A DNA stretch of 64,000 nt. Origin: Vicinamibacteria bacterium (lineage in GTDB: Bacteria; Acidobacteriota; Vicinamibacteria; Marinacidobacterales; Marinacidobacteraceae). The notes under the pieces are model-generated. The model searched no databases. It saw only the letters and a program-made list of their open reading frames with translations, and was not told where the DNA came from. The stretch's first letter is position 1. The number at the start of each line of letters is the position of its first letter. The position numbers and the translations under genes were made by a program. The DNA is taken from positions 1,280,353-1,344,352 of the forward strand of contig OZ219815.1 of NCBI GenBank assembly GCA_964291235.2. The letters are read 5' to 3'. Shown piece by piece: positions 37,894 through 47,810 of the stretch.

Positions 37894-39915
37894 ATGTCGC
37901 GGACGGTCCCCTGGGTTCTGCTGGCGCTCCTCGGATTGACACCCGGGCTGGCGTCTGGCGCCCAGGAACCCGTTTCCGCCGAGCCGGTTTCGACCCAGGC
38001 CGAAGCTGACGCCGAGGATCCGGCCGCGATCGATTCGGTTGCGGAGGCATATCGCATCTTCGGCGAAGGGCGCCTCGCCCAAATGTCCGGACAGCGCGAG
38101 GAGGCGATCGCCGCCTACCAGCGGGCGGCGGACCTCGACCAGCGGGCAACCGAGCCGCTCGTTGCGATCGCCAGTCTGAGCCTGGCGGCGTTCGATCTCG
38201 ACAAGGCAGAAACCGCCGCGATCGAAGCCGTAGCGCGGGACCCCGAGGCCGCGGCCGCCCACCGGGTCTTGGGCTCCGTCTATTTCCGCCGCCTCCGGTC
38301 CGGAGACGATCCGGACGCTGCCGAGCAGGCCATTTCTTCGCTGGGAGAGGCAGTGCGGCTCGATCCGGAGGATCTCCGTAGCCGGTCCGAGCTTGCCCGG
38401 CTCCTTGCGGCCTCGCAGCGGGGCGAGGAAGCGGCGACACACCTTCGCGAGCTGGTCCGCCGGGCTCCGGACGCGTTCGGTGAACTGTTCCTGTTGGCGC
38501 AGCTTCGCCTCACGGCAGGCGATCGCGAGCAGGCATTCGACTACCTCCTCCAGTCGCTCCGGATCGAACCGCGTCAGCCGGACGCGCGCGAGATGGCGGA
38601 CGACCTTCTCCGCGGTGGCGAAATTCCGGGGCGCTCTCCGGAGGAGCCGCTTGCCGAGTTGGTGGCGCTTTACGAAGCGGGATCGGCCGAGTACCCGGAG
38701 GATCAGCCGCTCCGCCTGTCGCTCGCGGACGGCCTGGCCCGCCTGGGCAGACTGGACGAGGCGGGCGAGGCGTTCGAAACGCTGCTGGCCGCGGAGCCGC
38801 GGAGCGAGATTGCACTCATGGGTCTCGCGATGGTTCGGCGGCAGCAGCGGCGCCTCGAAGACGCGGAAGGGGCCCTGGTCCGATTGCTGGAAGAGAACGA
38901 GCGGAGCATTCCGGCGAGGCTGGCGCTCGGTGGCGTCTTCGCCGCCCGTTGTGAGTACGGCAGGGCAGCCGAGGAGTTCCGGACGTTGGTGTCGCTTCCG
39001 CAGGACGCCTATGGCCTCGGCCGGCGCCGGGAGGTCCTGGGCCGGCTCGCCCAGGCGCTCGAGGATGCGGGCTCCTACGCGGCGGCCTATGACGCTCTCG
39101 GGGAGGCCGTCCTGCTCGCCGGGGAGAGCGCGGAAGCATTTCGCTATCGGGTTGCCCTGGTCCAGAACCGACTGGCCGCGGGAGCAACGGAGGAAGCGGC
39201 AGCACTCATCGAGGAACTGATCGAGGACCGGCCAGGAGAGCCCGGGCTACTCGCACTTCAGGCCCGGGTGCTGAATGCGGCCGGGCGTCACGACGCGTCT
39301 CTCGGGATTCTTCGCGCCCTGGTGGCCGAGTACCCCGATACGGGCGGAGTCGTGCATGCACTGCTTCGCCACCACGTCGAAGCGGGGGATCTTCCCGCTG
39401 CGGAGACAGTGGCGCGCGAGTGGCTTGAAGAGCGACCGGATGACCTGGCTTTTCGGTTCCAGCTGGCCGCGCTGCTCGAGCAGCAGGGAAAGCTCCGGGA
39501 AGCGGAAGCGGAGTTCCGCCGCGTGATCACCGAAGAGCCGGGCCACGACCTGGCGCTCAACTACCTCGGGTACATGCTGGCCGACGGGACCGATCGGCTG
39601 GACGAGTCCGAAGCATTGATCCAGCGGGCGCTCGATGAGGATCCCTACAACGGTTCCTACCTTGACAGCCTGGGCTGGGTCCAGTTCCGCAAGGGTGATC
39701 TGAACCTGGCGGAACCGAACCTGCTCCGTGCCCAGCAATGCATGCCGGAGAACAGTGTCGTCCTGGATCATCTCGGCGATCTCTACCGGGCGAAGGGAAA
39801 CGCCGAGGAGGCGGTCCGCTTCTGGCGGATGGCCCTCCAGCACGACGGTGACGAGGAACTCGAACGAGAGACGATCGCCCGCAAAATCGAGGAAGCCGGT
39901 AACGATCCGGAGTAA
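37894..39915 (+). CDS. Secreted tetratricopeptide repeat protein
   Basis: Signal peptide and many TPRs. C-terminal ALNYLGYMLAD...YLDSLGWV..R.G...DHLGD is typical of the TPR gene upstream of ispE. Confidence 0.9.
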   Translation: MSRTVPWVLLALLGLTPGLASGAQEPVSAEPVSTQAEADAEDPAAIDSVAEAYRIFGEGRLAQMSGQREEAIAAYQRAADLDQRATEPLVAIASLSLAAFDLDKAETAAIEAVARDPEAAAAHRVLGSVYFRRLRSGDDPDAAEQAISSLGEAVRLDPEDLRSRSELARLLAASQRGEEAATHLRELVRRAPDAFGELFLLAQLRLTAGDREQAFDYLLQSLRIEPRQPDAREMADDLLRGGEIPGRSPEEPLAELVALYEAGSAEYPEDQPLRLSLADGLARLGRLDEAGEAFETLLAAEPRSEIALMGLAMVRRQQRRLEDAEGALVRLLEENERSIPARLALGGVFAARCEYGRAAEEFRTLVSLPQDAYGLGRRREVLGRLAQALEDAGSYAAAYDALGEAVLLAGESAEAFRYRVALVQNRLAAGATEEAAALIEELIEDRPGEPGLLALQARVLNAAGRHDASLGILRALVAEYPDTGGVVHALLRHHVEAGDLPAAETVAREWLEERPDDLAFRFQLAALLEQQGKLREAEAEFRRVITEEPGHDLALNYLGYMLADGTDRLDESEALIQRALDEDPYNGSYLDSLGWVQFRKGDLNLAEPNLLRAQQCMPENSVVLDHLGDLYRAKGNAEEAVRFWRMALQHDGDEELERETIARKIEEAGNDPE

Positions 39916-40783
39916 CGGGCGCGCCGTCCCGATTTCCCCGCAGTCGCCGCGAATCGGTTACCCCCGCCAGCGGGGAGCCGCGCTGCGGCTTGCGGTCATC
40001 TGCTGCCTGGGAGCATCCACGGGGTGCGCAGCGCGGGCGGCCCGGATGCCTTCGCCGCCACTGGGTGAGGCCGAGGCGGTCGGCCTGCTGGAGGAAACGG
40101 CGGCGCTGGCGCGGAGCGTCCGGCGCTATCAGGCGATCCTGGGGCTGCGCGGAGACGGTGAGCGCGGGCGGTTTTCGGGGCGTCTGCTCGTGGTCTTCGC
40201 CCGGCCGGCGGAGGGATCCGAGCCTGAAGCGGTCGAAGCCATGAGGCTCGAGCTCTTCGCTCCCGTCGGTGGATCCCGCTGGACGGTGGTCGCCGGCCCG
40301 GATCAGGTGCGCCTCGTGGTCCCCGCTGAGGAGGCCTTTGCCGACGGGACGGAGCTGAGGGAATTCACGGGGTCCCTGCTCGGTGTCCCCGTGGGGATCG
40401 AGCAGGTTGCTGCTCTCCTGATCGGGAGCGGTGCGCCCGTCGGGGGTTCGGAGAACCTCCGTTCCCTTCCGGTGGGGGGGTCTGTCGTCCTGAAGAACGG
40501 CGCCGAGATCTGGTGGAATGGCTCGGAGCCCGGGGCCCAGGTGCGGCGCGTCGTGGCTTCGGGCTACGAGGTTCGCTACCCCGGGCGCGAACGGCGGCAG
40601 GGGCGCCAGGTGCCGCGCCGGATCGAGGTGGCCTCGGATCGCGTCCGGGCCACCCTCACAATCGAGGAGCTTGAGGTGAACACCTCCCTCCATCCTGATT
40701 CTTTTTCTGTCCAGACGCCTCCCGAATACCGGCGGGCGGAAATCCGCGAGTTGGGTCGGACCTCGAGGCTCCCGGAGCGGTAA
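39728..40783 (+). CDS. Probable lipoprotein, LolB-like by position (true start uncertain, probably near 39850-39960)
   Basis: Lipobox-like LGASTGC, beta-rich RLELFAPVG...QVPRRIEV, located between the TPR gene and ispE. Confidence 0.6.
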   Translation: MPSNACRRTVSSWIISAISTGRRETPRRRSASGGWPSSTTVTRNSNERRSPAKSRKPVTIRSNGRAVPISPQSPRIGYPRQRGAALRLAVICCLGASTGCAARAARMPSPPLGEAEAVGLLEETAALARSVRRYQAILGLRGDGERGRFSGRLLVVFARPAEGSEPEAVEAMRLELFAPVGGSRWTVVAGPDQVRLVVPAEEAFADGTELREFTGSLLGVPVGIEQVAALLIGSGAPVGGSENLRSLPVGGSVVLKNGAEIWWNGSEPGAQVRRVVASGYEVRYPGRERRQGRQVPRRIEVASDRVRATLTIEELEVNTSLHPDSFSVQTPPEYRRAEIRELGRTSRLPER

Positions 40784-40801
40784 CGGCGCGGGCTGGCGGT
40801 A

Positions 40802-41743
40802 ATGGGCGGGACATCCAACGGCCTCCCCCTGGTCATCAACACGCCGGCCAAGATCAATTTGGGCCTTCGCGTCCTGTCGCGACGACCGGATGGTTACCAC
40901 GACATCCGCACCCTGATGGCGGGCGTGGACCTTTGGGACACGCTTACCTTCGAAGCGGGTGGCCGCGGTGTGCGGCTGGAATGCGACCACCCTTCCATTC
41001 CCACGGATCAGACGAATCTGGTGCTCCGTTCGGCTCTGCGTCTCGAGGAGCGGCTCGGCCGGCGCCTTCCCGGCGTGCTCATTCGTCTCCGGAAGAAGAT
41101 CCCGGCCGGCCGCGGCCTCGGCGGAGGCAGCTCGGATGCTGCCGCGGCGCTCGTCGGTTTGAACCGCCTCTTCGGGCTGGGACTCACCCGTCACGTGCTA
41201 GGCGGGCTGTTGACCGAGGTTGGAATGGATGCGCCCTACTTCCTCTACGGGGGGCCGGCGCTTGCCACCGGCCGCGGGGAACAGGTCTTTCCCTTGTCTT
41301 CCGGACTGCAGCTGCCACTCGTCCTCCTGATCCCGAAGTTCGAGATCAGCACGCCGGAGGCGTACCGCGGTCTGCCGAGCGAAGTGGTCGCAAGCCCCCG
41401 GGAAGAACCGGATAGACTGACGCGGTTTCTCGTAAGGGGCCCTGAGGCCCTCGGGGGCGGCACCGAGTTTCTCCCGGGGGCCTTCCTGAACGATCTCGAA
41501 AAATCCGCGGTGCTGCGAACGATCCGGTTTCCTGACGACATTACGGTCATGCGCCATGTGTTGAAGGATGCCGGCGCTACCGAGGCAGCCATGTCGGGAA
41601 GCGGATCGGCGGTTTTCGGGGTTTTTCCCGACGCGGAACGGGCGGCCCGCGTTGCCTCCCGTCTGTCGGGGAACCAGTTCCGGGCAATCGCGACCCGTAC
41701 GATTACGCGAAGTGAACACCGGACGGCCCTCTTCGGGAACTGA
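40802..41743 (+). CDS. ispE: 4-diphosphocytidyl-2-C-methyl-D-erythritol kinase
   Basis: PAKINLGL, DGYH, KKIPAGRGLGGGSSDAA, MSGSGSAVF. Confidence 0.96.
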   Translation: MGGTSNGLPLVINTPAKINLGLRVLSRRPDGYHDIRTLMAGVDLWDTLTFEAGGRGVRLECDHPSIPTDQTNLVLRSALRLEERLGRRLPGVLIRLRKKIPAGRGLGGGSSDAAAALVGLNRLFGLGLTRHVLGGLLTEVGMDAPYFLYGGPALATGRGEQVFPLSSGLQLPLVLLIPKFEISTPEAYRGLPSEVVASPREEPDRLTRFLVRGPEALGGGTEFLPGAFLNDLEKSAVLRTIRFPDDITVMRHVLKDAGATEAAMSGSGSAVFGVFPDAERAARVASRLSGNQFRAIATRTITRSEHRTALFGN

Positions 41744-41748
41744 CCGGA

Positions 41749-41820
41749 TGGGGCGTGGCCGAGGGGATAGGCGCCGGGTTTTGGTTCCGGTCTACGAGGG
41801 TTCGAATCCTTCCGCCCCAG
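41749..41820 (+). tRNA. tRNA-Gln (TTG), CCA not encoded
   Basis: Acceptor stem TGGGGCG/CGCCCCA, anticodon arm CCGGG-TTTTGGT-TCCGG, GGTTCGAATCC. Conserved position between ispE and prs. Confidence 0.92.
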
Positions 41821-41916
41821 CCCGTGTCATGGTCCGTGTCATGGTGAGGATCAGCTCGTGACCCGCGGGCAGTCGCGCCTTCCTTTCAAGACCTTCAAGG
41901 CGATCGCCCGGCAGCC

Positions 41917-42909
41917 ATGAACGAGCCGCGCAACGCCCGCCGCTACGAGTCCGCCACCCATGGGTTCGCCGGTGAACTCAAGCTGATCGGGGGCTCCGCC
42001 AATCCGGATCTGGTGGCCGCGATCGCCCGGCATCTCGGTGTGCCGCTTGGCGAGGTCTCGCTGGGCCGGTTCCGGGACGGAGAGGTCCGTTTCCAGATCG
42101 ACGACAACGTCCGTGGCGCGGACGTTTTCGTGATCCAGTCCACGTCTCCACCCGTCAACGAGAACCTGATGGAACTGCTCATCATGGTGGACGCGCTCAA
42201 ACGGGCGTCGGCGGCCCGCATCAACGCGGTGATTCCCTACTACGGGTATGCGCGGCAGGATCGCAAGGATCGTCCCCGGGTTCCGATTTCGGCGAAGTTG
42301 GTCGCCGATCTGCTCACCGTGGCCGGCGTCCACCGAGTCATCTGCATGGATCTTCATGCCGGTCAGATTCAGGGCTACTTCAACATCCCCGTGGATCATC
42401 TGTACGCGACCCCGGTCGTGCTGGATTACCTTCCGAGCCTGGAACTGGAGCGGCCGATCGTTGTGTCGCCGGACGCTGGCGGCGTCGAAAGGGCGCGCGC
42501 CTACGGCAAGAAGCTCGGGGTGGGCATCGCCGTGATGGACAAGCGGCGCGGCAGCGACAACGAGGTGGAGACCATTCACGTCGTGGGTGACGTGCGGGGC
42601 CGCGCGGCGGTCCTGGTGGACGACATGGTCGATTCCGCCGGCACGTTGATGCGCGCCGGCGAAGCGCTTCTTGCGGACGGGGCTACCCGTGTTCTCGCCG
42701 TTTGCACTCACGCGGTGCTTTCCGGTCCCGCGGTCGAGCGGGTCCGGAAGGGCCCGTTGGAGCGGCTCATCGTCAGCGACTCGATTCCACTCTCCGCCGA
42801 AGCGCGCGCCGCGGGCAGCAAGATCGAGGTTCTTTCGGTGGCCTCGCTGTTCGCACGCGCGATCGAGAGCGTCCACGGCGAGGCCTCGGTCAGTTCCCTC
42901 TTTGTCTGA
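41917..42909 (+). CDS. prs: Ribose-phosphate pyrophosphokinase
   Basis: FRDGE, PYYGYARQDRK, DLHAGQIQGYF, VSPDAGG, DDMVDSAGT. Confidence 0.97.
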   Translation: MNEPRNARRYESATHGFAGELKLIGGSANPDLVAAIARHLGVPLGEVSLGRFRDGEVRFQIDDNVRGADVFVIQSTSPPVNENLMELLIMVDALKRASAARINAVIPYYGYARQDRKDRPRVPISAKLVADLLTVAGVHRVICMDLHAGQIQGYFNIPVDHLYATPVVLDYLPSLELERPIVVSPDAGGVERARAYGKKLGVGIAVMDKRRGSDNEVETIHVVGDVRGRAAVLVDDMVDSAGTLMRAGEALLADGATRVLAVCTHAVLSGPAVERVRKGPLERLIVSDSIPLSAEARAAGSKIEVLSVASLFARAIESVHGEASVSSLFV

Positions 42910-43005
42910 GAGCGCCGGAGGCGTTGAGCGATTTCCGGACGGGGCCGTTAGCAGGGTCAGGTCCGGCCTGTTGATGCGGACTGGGTTTGGGCCCCGTCCG
43001 GAAAT

Positions 43006-43160
43006 CGCCCGGCGCTTCGCGCCTCGAACCGTAACTCCCTTGCGCACTGACGCGCGCGGCGGCGAGTTCCGATTCGTCGTTATTTTCTTGTGAAAGAGGG
43101 GGTGCCCCCCTTTCACACTTTCCCCCCGGACACGCCGGCAGCGAACGGAGTTCGCTGCCA
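43006..43160. repeat. 155-bp dispersed element with two strong hairpins, copy B
   Basis: Matches 37153-37307 in the same orientation. Confidence 0.85.
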
Positions 43161-43506
43161 GTGTCTTTTACTCGGGTGGGACATTGCCGGGGCCGTGAGC
43201 ATGGTCAGGTCTGGCCTGCCGACGCGCACCGGGTTGGGGCGCGAATCGGGCCGAACACGATGCCAGCCGGAGACGCCGCCTGCGATTTCCTCGCGCGCGA
43301 TGTCATCCCGCGACTGCTAGACTTCCGCGCCCTGTATTGCCGGTAAGGAGCGGATGACGCTGCGGCGGCATCCACCGGATCTTTCAGGCGCACTCACCCG
43401 GGGCCACTGAGAAGAGTCTTGGAGGGGGGCGCTTCCTGCGTCTTCTCCTCCCGTTCCCGGATCGCCATCCACTCCTGTCCCACCAGAACCCACCACGCAC
43501 ACTGCC

Positions 43507-44118
43507 ATGTCTCAACTCTCGATTCCCGCGAGTTCCCGCACCGCCGTCGGCAAGGGGCCGAATCGCCGCCTTCGGGCGAGCGGGATGATTCCGGCCGTCG
43601 TCTATGGGGGTGCCGGAGGCACCCGTGCGCTCGCGGTTTCCCCGCGGCAGGTCACCGAAATCGTTCGTTCGCGGCGCGGTGTGAACACCATCTTTTCCCT
43701 GGAGATCGACGGCCAGGAGAGCGCGGAGCAGGTGATGATCCACGACTATCAACTGCACCCGCTCGATCACTCGGTGTTGCACGCCGACCTGATGCGGGTG
43801 GATCTGGACAAGGCGTCCGACTGGCACGTCCCCGTGCACCTCGAGGGCGAATCCCAGGGTGTCAAGCGCGGCGGACATCTCGACTTCATCACCCGGTCCA
43901 TCACCGTCACCTGCCGGCCGCACGACATTCCGGAGTTCCTGTCGCTTGAGGTCAGCGAGCTCGACTACGGCGACACCGTGCGGGCGGGCAACATCGAGTT
44001 GCCGGAAGGGATCGGCCTTTCGACGGATCGGGAGGTGGTAGTCGTCCACGTCTCCCCACCGAAGGGAACCGAGGAGGACGAGGAGCAAGAAGACGAGAGT
44101 GAAGAGCCGGAAGAGTGA
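43507..44118 (+). CDS. rplY: 50S ribosomal protein L25/Ctc
   Basis: GKGPNRRLR.SG.IPAVVYG, YQLHP...LHAD, GVKRGG. Confidence 0.96.
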   Translation: MSQLSIPASSRTAVGKGPNRRLRASGMIPAVVYGGAGGTRALAVSPRQVTEIVRSRRGVNTIFSLEIDGQESAEQVMIHDYQLHPLDHSVLHADLMRVDLDKASDWHVPVHLEGESQGVKRGGHLDFITRSITVTCRPHDIPEFLSLEVSELDYGDTVRAGNIELPEGIGLSTDREVVVVHVSPPKGTEEDEEQEDESEEPEE

Positions 44119-44229
44119 TCGGCGGAACCTTTCTGATCGAGCGTGTTGTCCAGTCTCCGTTCCCCGTTGGCGTCGTGGCCCGCTTGTCCGGTGAGCGATT
44201 CCCCTTCGCGTATTCCTGTCGATTCGGGC

Positions 44230-44832
44230 ATGCCGGACGAGACCTCGGCGCGCGCCCAGATTCCCGTCCAGCTCGTTGTGGGACTTGGAAACCCGGGCGC
44301 CCGCTACGCCGGAACCCGGCACAACATCGGGTTTGACGCCGTGGACATGCTCCTTCAGGATCGATCGGTGAAGCCTCGCCACTTCGACGGAGGGCTCCTC
44401 GTCCAGACGGAGATCGCCGGCCGGGACATCGCCCTCTTGCGACCCATGGGGTACATGAACCGGAGCGGGGGGCCGGTGCGCCGCCTCCTGCAAACCGAAG
44501 GCGTGTCGCCGGAGACGACCCTGATCGTGTGTGACGACTATGCGCTCCCGCTGGGAGCGATCAGGACCCGCCGGCGCGGTAGCGATGGCGGTCACAACGG
44601 ACTCGCGTCCATCCTCGCCGCTCTTGGAACGAATGAGATCCCCAGGATGCGCCTCGGTATTGGCAAGCCCCCGGCCGGAGAAGACCCCGCTGATTTCGTG
44701 CTCTCCCGTTTCACCCCCCAGGAGGCCGCTTCGGTGGAAGATCTGCTGGAGCGGGCGGCGCGGGCCATCGAAACCGCAGTCGGTGATGGGATCGAGACTG
44801 CCATGAACCGGTTCAACCGGACGGCCACGTAA
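44230..44832 (+). CDS. pth: Peptidyl-tRNA hydrolase
   Basis: VGLGNPG..YAGTRHNIGF, YMNRSG, GSDGGHNGL, R.RLGIG. Confidence 0.96.
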   Translation: MPDETSARAQIPVQLVVGLGNPGARYAGTRHNIGFDAVDMLLQDRSVKPRHFDGGLLVQTEIAGRDIALLRPMGYMNRSGGPVRRLLQTEGVSPETTLIVCDDYALPLGAIRTRRRGSDGGHNGLASILAALGTNEIPRMRLGIGKPPAGEDPADFVLSRFTPQEAASVEDLLERAARAIETAVGDGIETAMNRFNRTAT

Positions 44833-44857
44833 TGCGGATCCGTCCCCAAATCCCCGC

Positions 44858-44895
44858 ACCCTTCCTTGCGGATGGCGTCACAGGTGACGCTGGAG
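44858..44895 (+). promoter_or_regulatory. Possible S6:S18 autoregulatory leader
   Basis: CCTTCCTTGC followed by hairpin GCGTCA-CAGG-TGACGC and GGAG, directly upstream of rpsF. Resemblance only. Confidence 0.3.
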
Positions 44896-44905
44896 ACAGC
44901 CTCGA

Positions 44906-45460
44906 ATGAGCGTACAGTCGAGCCCCCAACCGACGGCTCCGCCCCCGGCGGACTCCCTTGTGAACGGCTACGAGTTCATGTTCATCCTGGATCCAACCCT
45001 CGATGACGCGGCTTCCCTCGCGGTGGTCGAGCGGGTGGAGGGGATCGTCAAGGGTCAGGGCGGCGAAGTCGTCAGCCTGAAGCCGTGGGAGCGCCGGCGG
45101 CTCGCGTATCCCATCGCCGGGCACAACGAGGGCCTTTACATCCTTTGTTACTTCGATGCGCCCCCCGGCTCCATCCGAGACATCGAAAGCCGGATTCGCC
45201 TCACCGAAGGCGTCTTGCGGTTCATCGTGCTGCGGACGGACAAGGAGACCCGGGAACGGGATCAAGCCGCTGACCTCCGCCGCCGCGAGGAACGAGCCGC
45301 CCGCGCTGCCGCTGCCGCCGCTGAGGCTGCCGCCCGGGCAAGTGAGGAAGCGGCTCGGGAGCCGGACGAAAAAGAGCCCGAGAAACCCGTAGAAGTGGCA
45401 TCATCGAACGGTTCCGCTGAAGGCCCGTCTGCTGAGAATGCCGAGGAGGAGACCTCATGA
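44906..45460 (+). CDS. rpsF: 30S ribosomal protein S6 with long charged C-terminal tail
   Basis: [26 protein letters not shown]. Confidence 0.94.
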   Translation: MSVQSSPQPTAPPPADSLVNGYEFMFILDPTLDDAASLAVVERVEGIVKGQGGEVVSLKPWERRRLAYPIAGHNEGLYILCYFDAPPGSIRDIESRIRLTEGVLRFIVLRTDKETRERDQAADLRRREERAARAAAAAAEAAARASEEAAREPDEKEPEKPVEVASSNGSAEGPSAENAEEETS

Positions 45461-45702
45461 GCGACAGACCCGCGACCCCTCGCCGCCGCCGCCGGCAGTC
45501 CGTTCGGCGGGTGCGAGTCAATCCAACGTTGAATGGCGTGGACCGGGTGGACTGGAAGGATGTGGATTTCCTTCGTGAGTTCCTCGGTGACCGCGCCAAG
45601 ATCGCACCCCGCCGCGTATCGCGCGCCAGCGCCCGAGCCCAGCGCCAGATTCGGGTCGCTATCAAGCGCGCCCGGCAGATGGCGCTCCTGCCTTACGAAT
45701 AG
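45457..45702 (+). CDS. rpsR: 30S ribosomal protein S18, cysteine-free form
   Basis: VDWKDV..L..F...RAKI.PRRVS....QR.I..AIKRAR.MALLPY. Confidence 0.94.
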   Translation: MSDRPATPRRRRRQSVRRVRVNPTLNGVDRVDWKDVDFLREFLGDRAKIAPRRVSRASARAQRQIRVAIKRARQMALLPYE

Positions 45703-45722
45703 GGCCGGTCGGGGAGAGTCCC

Positions 45723-46307
45723 ATGCGCCTTCTGTTGAAACAGCCCGTCGATTCCCTGGGTGAACCCGGCGACGAGGTGAACGTCCGCCCGGGTTACGCT
45801 CGCAACTACCTGCTTCCCCGACGGATCGCGGTCCCCATCACGGACGAAAACCGCCGCGAGGTGGCCGACGCCCGGAAAGTCTGGGCTGTCCAGCGGATCC
45901 GGGAAAAGGACGCGGCCGAAGCTGTCGCCCGTTCCCTCGAAGGCCAGACCCTCCGGTTCGAGCGCCGGGTGAAGACCGATTCCAACGAACTCTACGGTTC
46001 CGTCTCGGTCCAGGACATTGCCAGGCAGCTTGCGGAAAACGGGTTCGAAATCGCCCGCAACCGCATCATTCTCGGTGGCCCCATCAAGGTCGCGGGTCCC
46101 TCGTCGGCGGTCGTCCGGCTTCACAGCGAGATCGAAGTGGATCTTCCGATCGAGGTATCGCCGGTGGCCGCGGGCTCTCTCGGAGTGGAGCCATTGCCGG
46201 AGATCCCGACGGAGGTATCGGCTAGCCGTGCCGCCGATGCCGAATCCGACGAGGATGAGGCCGTCTCCGGGGTACCCGCCGAGGAAGCCGACGACTCGCA
46301 GGACTGA
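45723..46307 (+). CDS. rplI: 50S ribosomal protein L9
   Basis: LG..GD.VNVRPGYARNYLLP, LYGSVS, VRLH. Confidence 0.96.
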   Translation: MRLLLKQPVDSLGEPGDEVNVRPGYARNYLLPRRIAVPITDENRREVADARKVWAVQRIREKDAAEAVARSLEGQTLRFERRVKTDSNELYGSVSVQDIARQLAENGFEIARNRIILGGPIKVAGPSSAVVRLHSEIEVDLPIEVSPVAAGSLGVEPLPEIPTEVSASRAADAESDEDEAVSGVPAEEADDSQD

Positions 46308-46405
46308 CGGCGTCGCGTGCACCGCGTAGTGGCGGAAATGGCAGCGGCCCCCCGACGAGCCGGCCCAGTTCCCTTCGGGGAAGAGCCGTAACCAGGCCTC
46401 TGACC

Positions 46406-47806
46406 GTGCCGGAGGAAGCCGTTCGCCTTCCGCAGGATCCGGCGGCCGAGCGGGCGGTCCTGGCCGCGGTGCTGGTGGATCGGCGGCAACTCGACGCGGT
46501 CCGCGAGGTTTTGCAATCCAGGGACTTTCACGATTCCCGGCACCAGCGCATCTTCGAGGCCTTCTGCGCCCTCGACGACGCCCCCGAGATGCGAAAGATC
46601 GACGTGCTTACCGTGCGGGCGGAATTGGAGCGCACCGGAAAACTGGAGGCGGCCGGCGGCGGGGCCTATCTGGGTGAACTGCTCGATGGAGTAGCGAGAT
46701 CTTCGAACGCCGCGGACTACGCCCAACTGGTCCGCGACCATTCTCTCAGCCGTGAACTCCATCAATTCGGCAGCCGCCTCGCGAGCGACGCGATCCGGAA
46801 CGCTCCCCGGGACATTCTGCGCGATGCCGAGAAGGATCTCTTTGCGATCACGGAGGGCTCGTTCGCATCCGGTCCGGAGCTCCTCGCCAAGGACCTCGGC
46901 GATCTGGCAGACGAATCGTCCCGGCACCGCGAGGGATTCGCGGGAATCCCTACCGGGTTTCGAGCGCTGGACGACCTCCTGGGGGGTCTGCGGCAATCCG
47001 ACCTGATTCTCATTGGGGCCCGGCCCGGCGAGGGCAAGACGAGCCTGGCGCTCAACATCGTTCTCGAGGCCGGCCGCGCGGGCAAGCGGGTCCTGGTGTT
47101 CAGTCTGGAGATGCCTCGGCGCCAGATTGCCGCGCGGCTGCTGTTTTCGAAGGCGATGGTGGATGCCCGGCAACTTCTGCGCCCCGGCATCCTCAGCGAA
47201 AAGGATCGCCGGCTCATCCAGAAGGCCCTTCCGGGGGTCGCTTCCATGCCGATTTACGTGGACGATTCCAACGTCACCCCCGTCGAGCTGCGATCCAAGG
47301 CGCGGCAACTCCAGCGCGAGCACGGGCTCGATCTGATCGTTATCGACTATCTGCAGTTGATGCGCGGTTCGGAACCGGGAGCCCGGCGTTTCGAGAACCG
47401 CAACCTGGAGATCGCCGAGATCAGTCGCTCTTTCAAGCTGCTCGCCAAGGAACTCGACGTGCCGATCCTGGCTCTTTCCCAGTTGAGCCGGGCGCCGGAA
47501 CAGCGCACCGGGACTTCCACCGCGCCGCGGCTTTCGGATCTGCGCGAATCGGGCGCTCTCGAACAGGATGCCGACATCGTGATCTTCATCCACCGGGAGT
47601 GGAAGAAGAAAAAGGAGGGGGCCGAGGAAATCGAGCCTCCCGAACGTCCCCAGCGTCGGATCATCGTGGCGAAAAACCGGAACGGTCCGGTCGGAGATCT
47701 CAAGCTCGCCTGGCTCGATCGCTACACCCTGTTTCAGGACATCAATGCCGAAGCGGCCGGCAGGGACCTCGGGCCCCCGGATCCGGATGAGGATCTGGGT
47801 TTCTGA
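46406..47806 (+). CDS. dnaB: Replicative DNA helicase
   Basis: AERAVL, GARPGEGKT, FSLEM, IDYLQLM, LSQLSR, DLRESGALEQDAD, KNRNGP. Confidence 0.97.
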   Translation: MPEEAVRLPQDPAAERAVLAAVLVDRRQLDAVREVLQSRDFHDSRHQRIFEAFCALDDAPEMRKIDVLTVRAELERTGKLEAAGGGAYLGELLDGVARSSNAADYAQLVRDHSLSRELHQFGSRLASDAIRNAPRDILRDAEKDLFAITEGSFASGPELLAKDLGDLADESSRHREGFAGIPTGFRALDDLLGGLRQSDLILIGARPGEGKTSLALNIVLEAGRAGKRVLVFSLEMPRRQIAARLLFSKAMVDARQLLRPGILSEKDRRLIQKALPGVASMPIYVDDSNVTPVELRSKARQLQREHGLDLIVIDYLQLMRGSEPGARRFENRNLEIAEISRSFKLLAKELDVPILALSQLSRAPEQRTGTSTAPRLSDLRESGALEQDADIVIFIHREWKKKKEGAEEIEPPERPQRRIIVAKNRNGPVGDLKLAWLDRYTLFQDINAEAAGRDLGPPDPDEDLGF

Positions 47807-47810
47807 GTCC

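Noticed and set aside
37221-38009. ORFs in the purH-TPR spacer (37221-38009, 37228-37767, 37260-37796)
   Set aside because: They translate repeat DNA into repeated low-information peptides with no domain signal.
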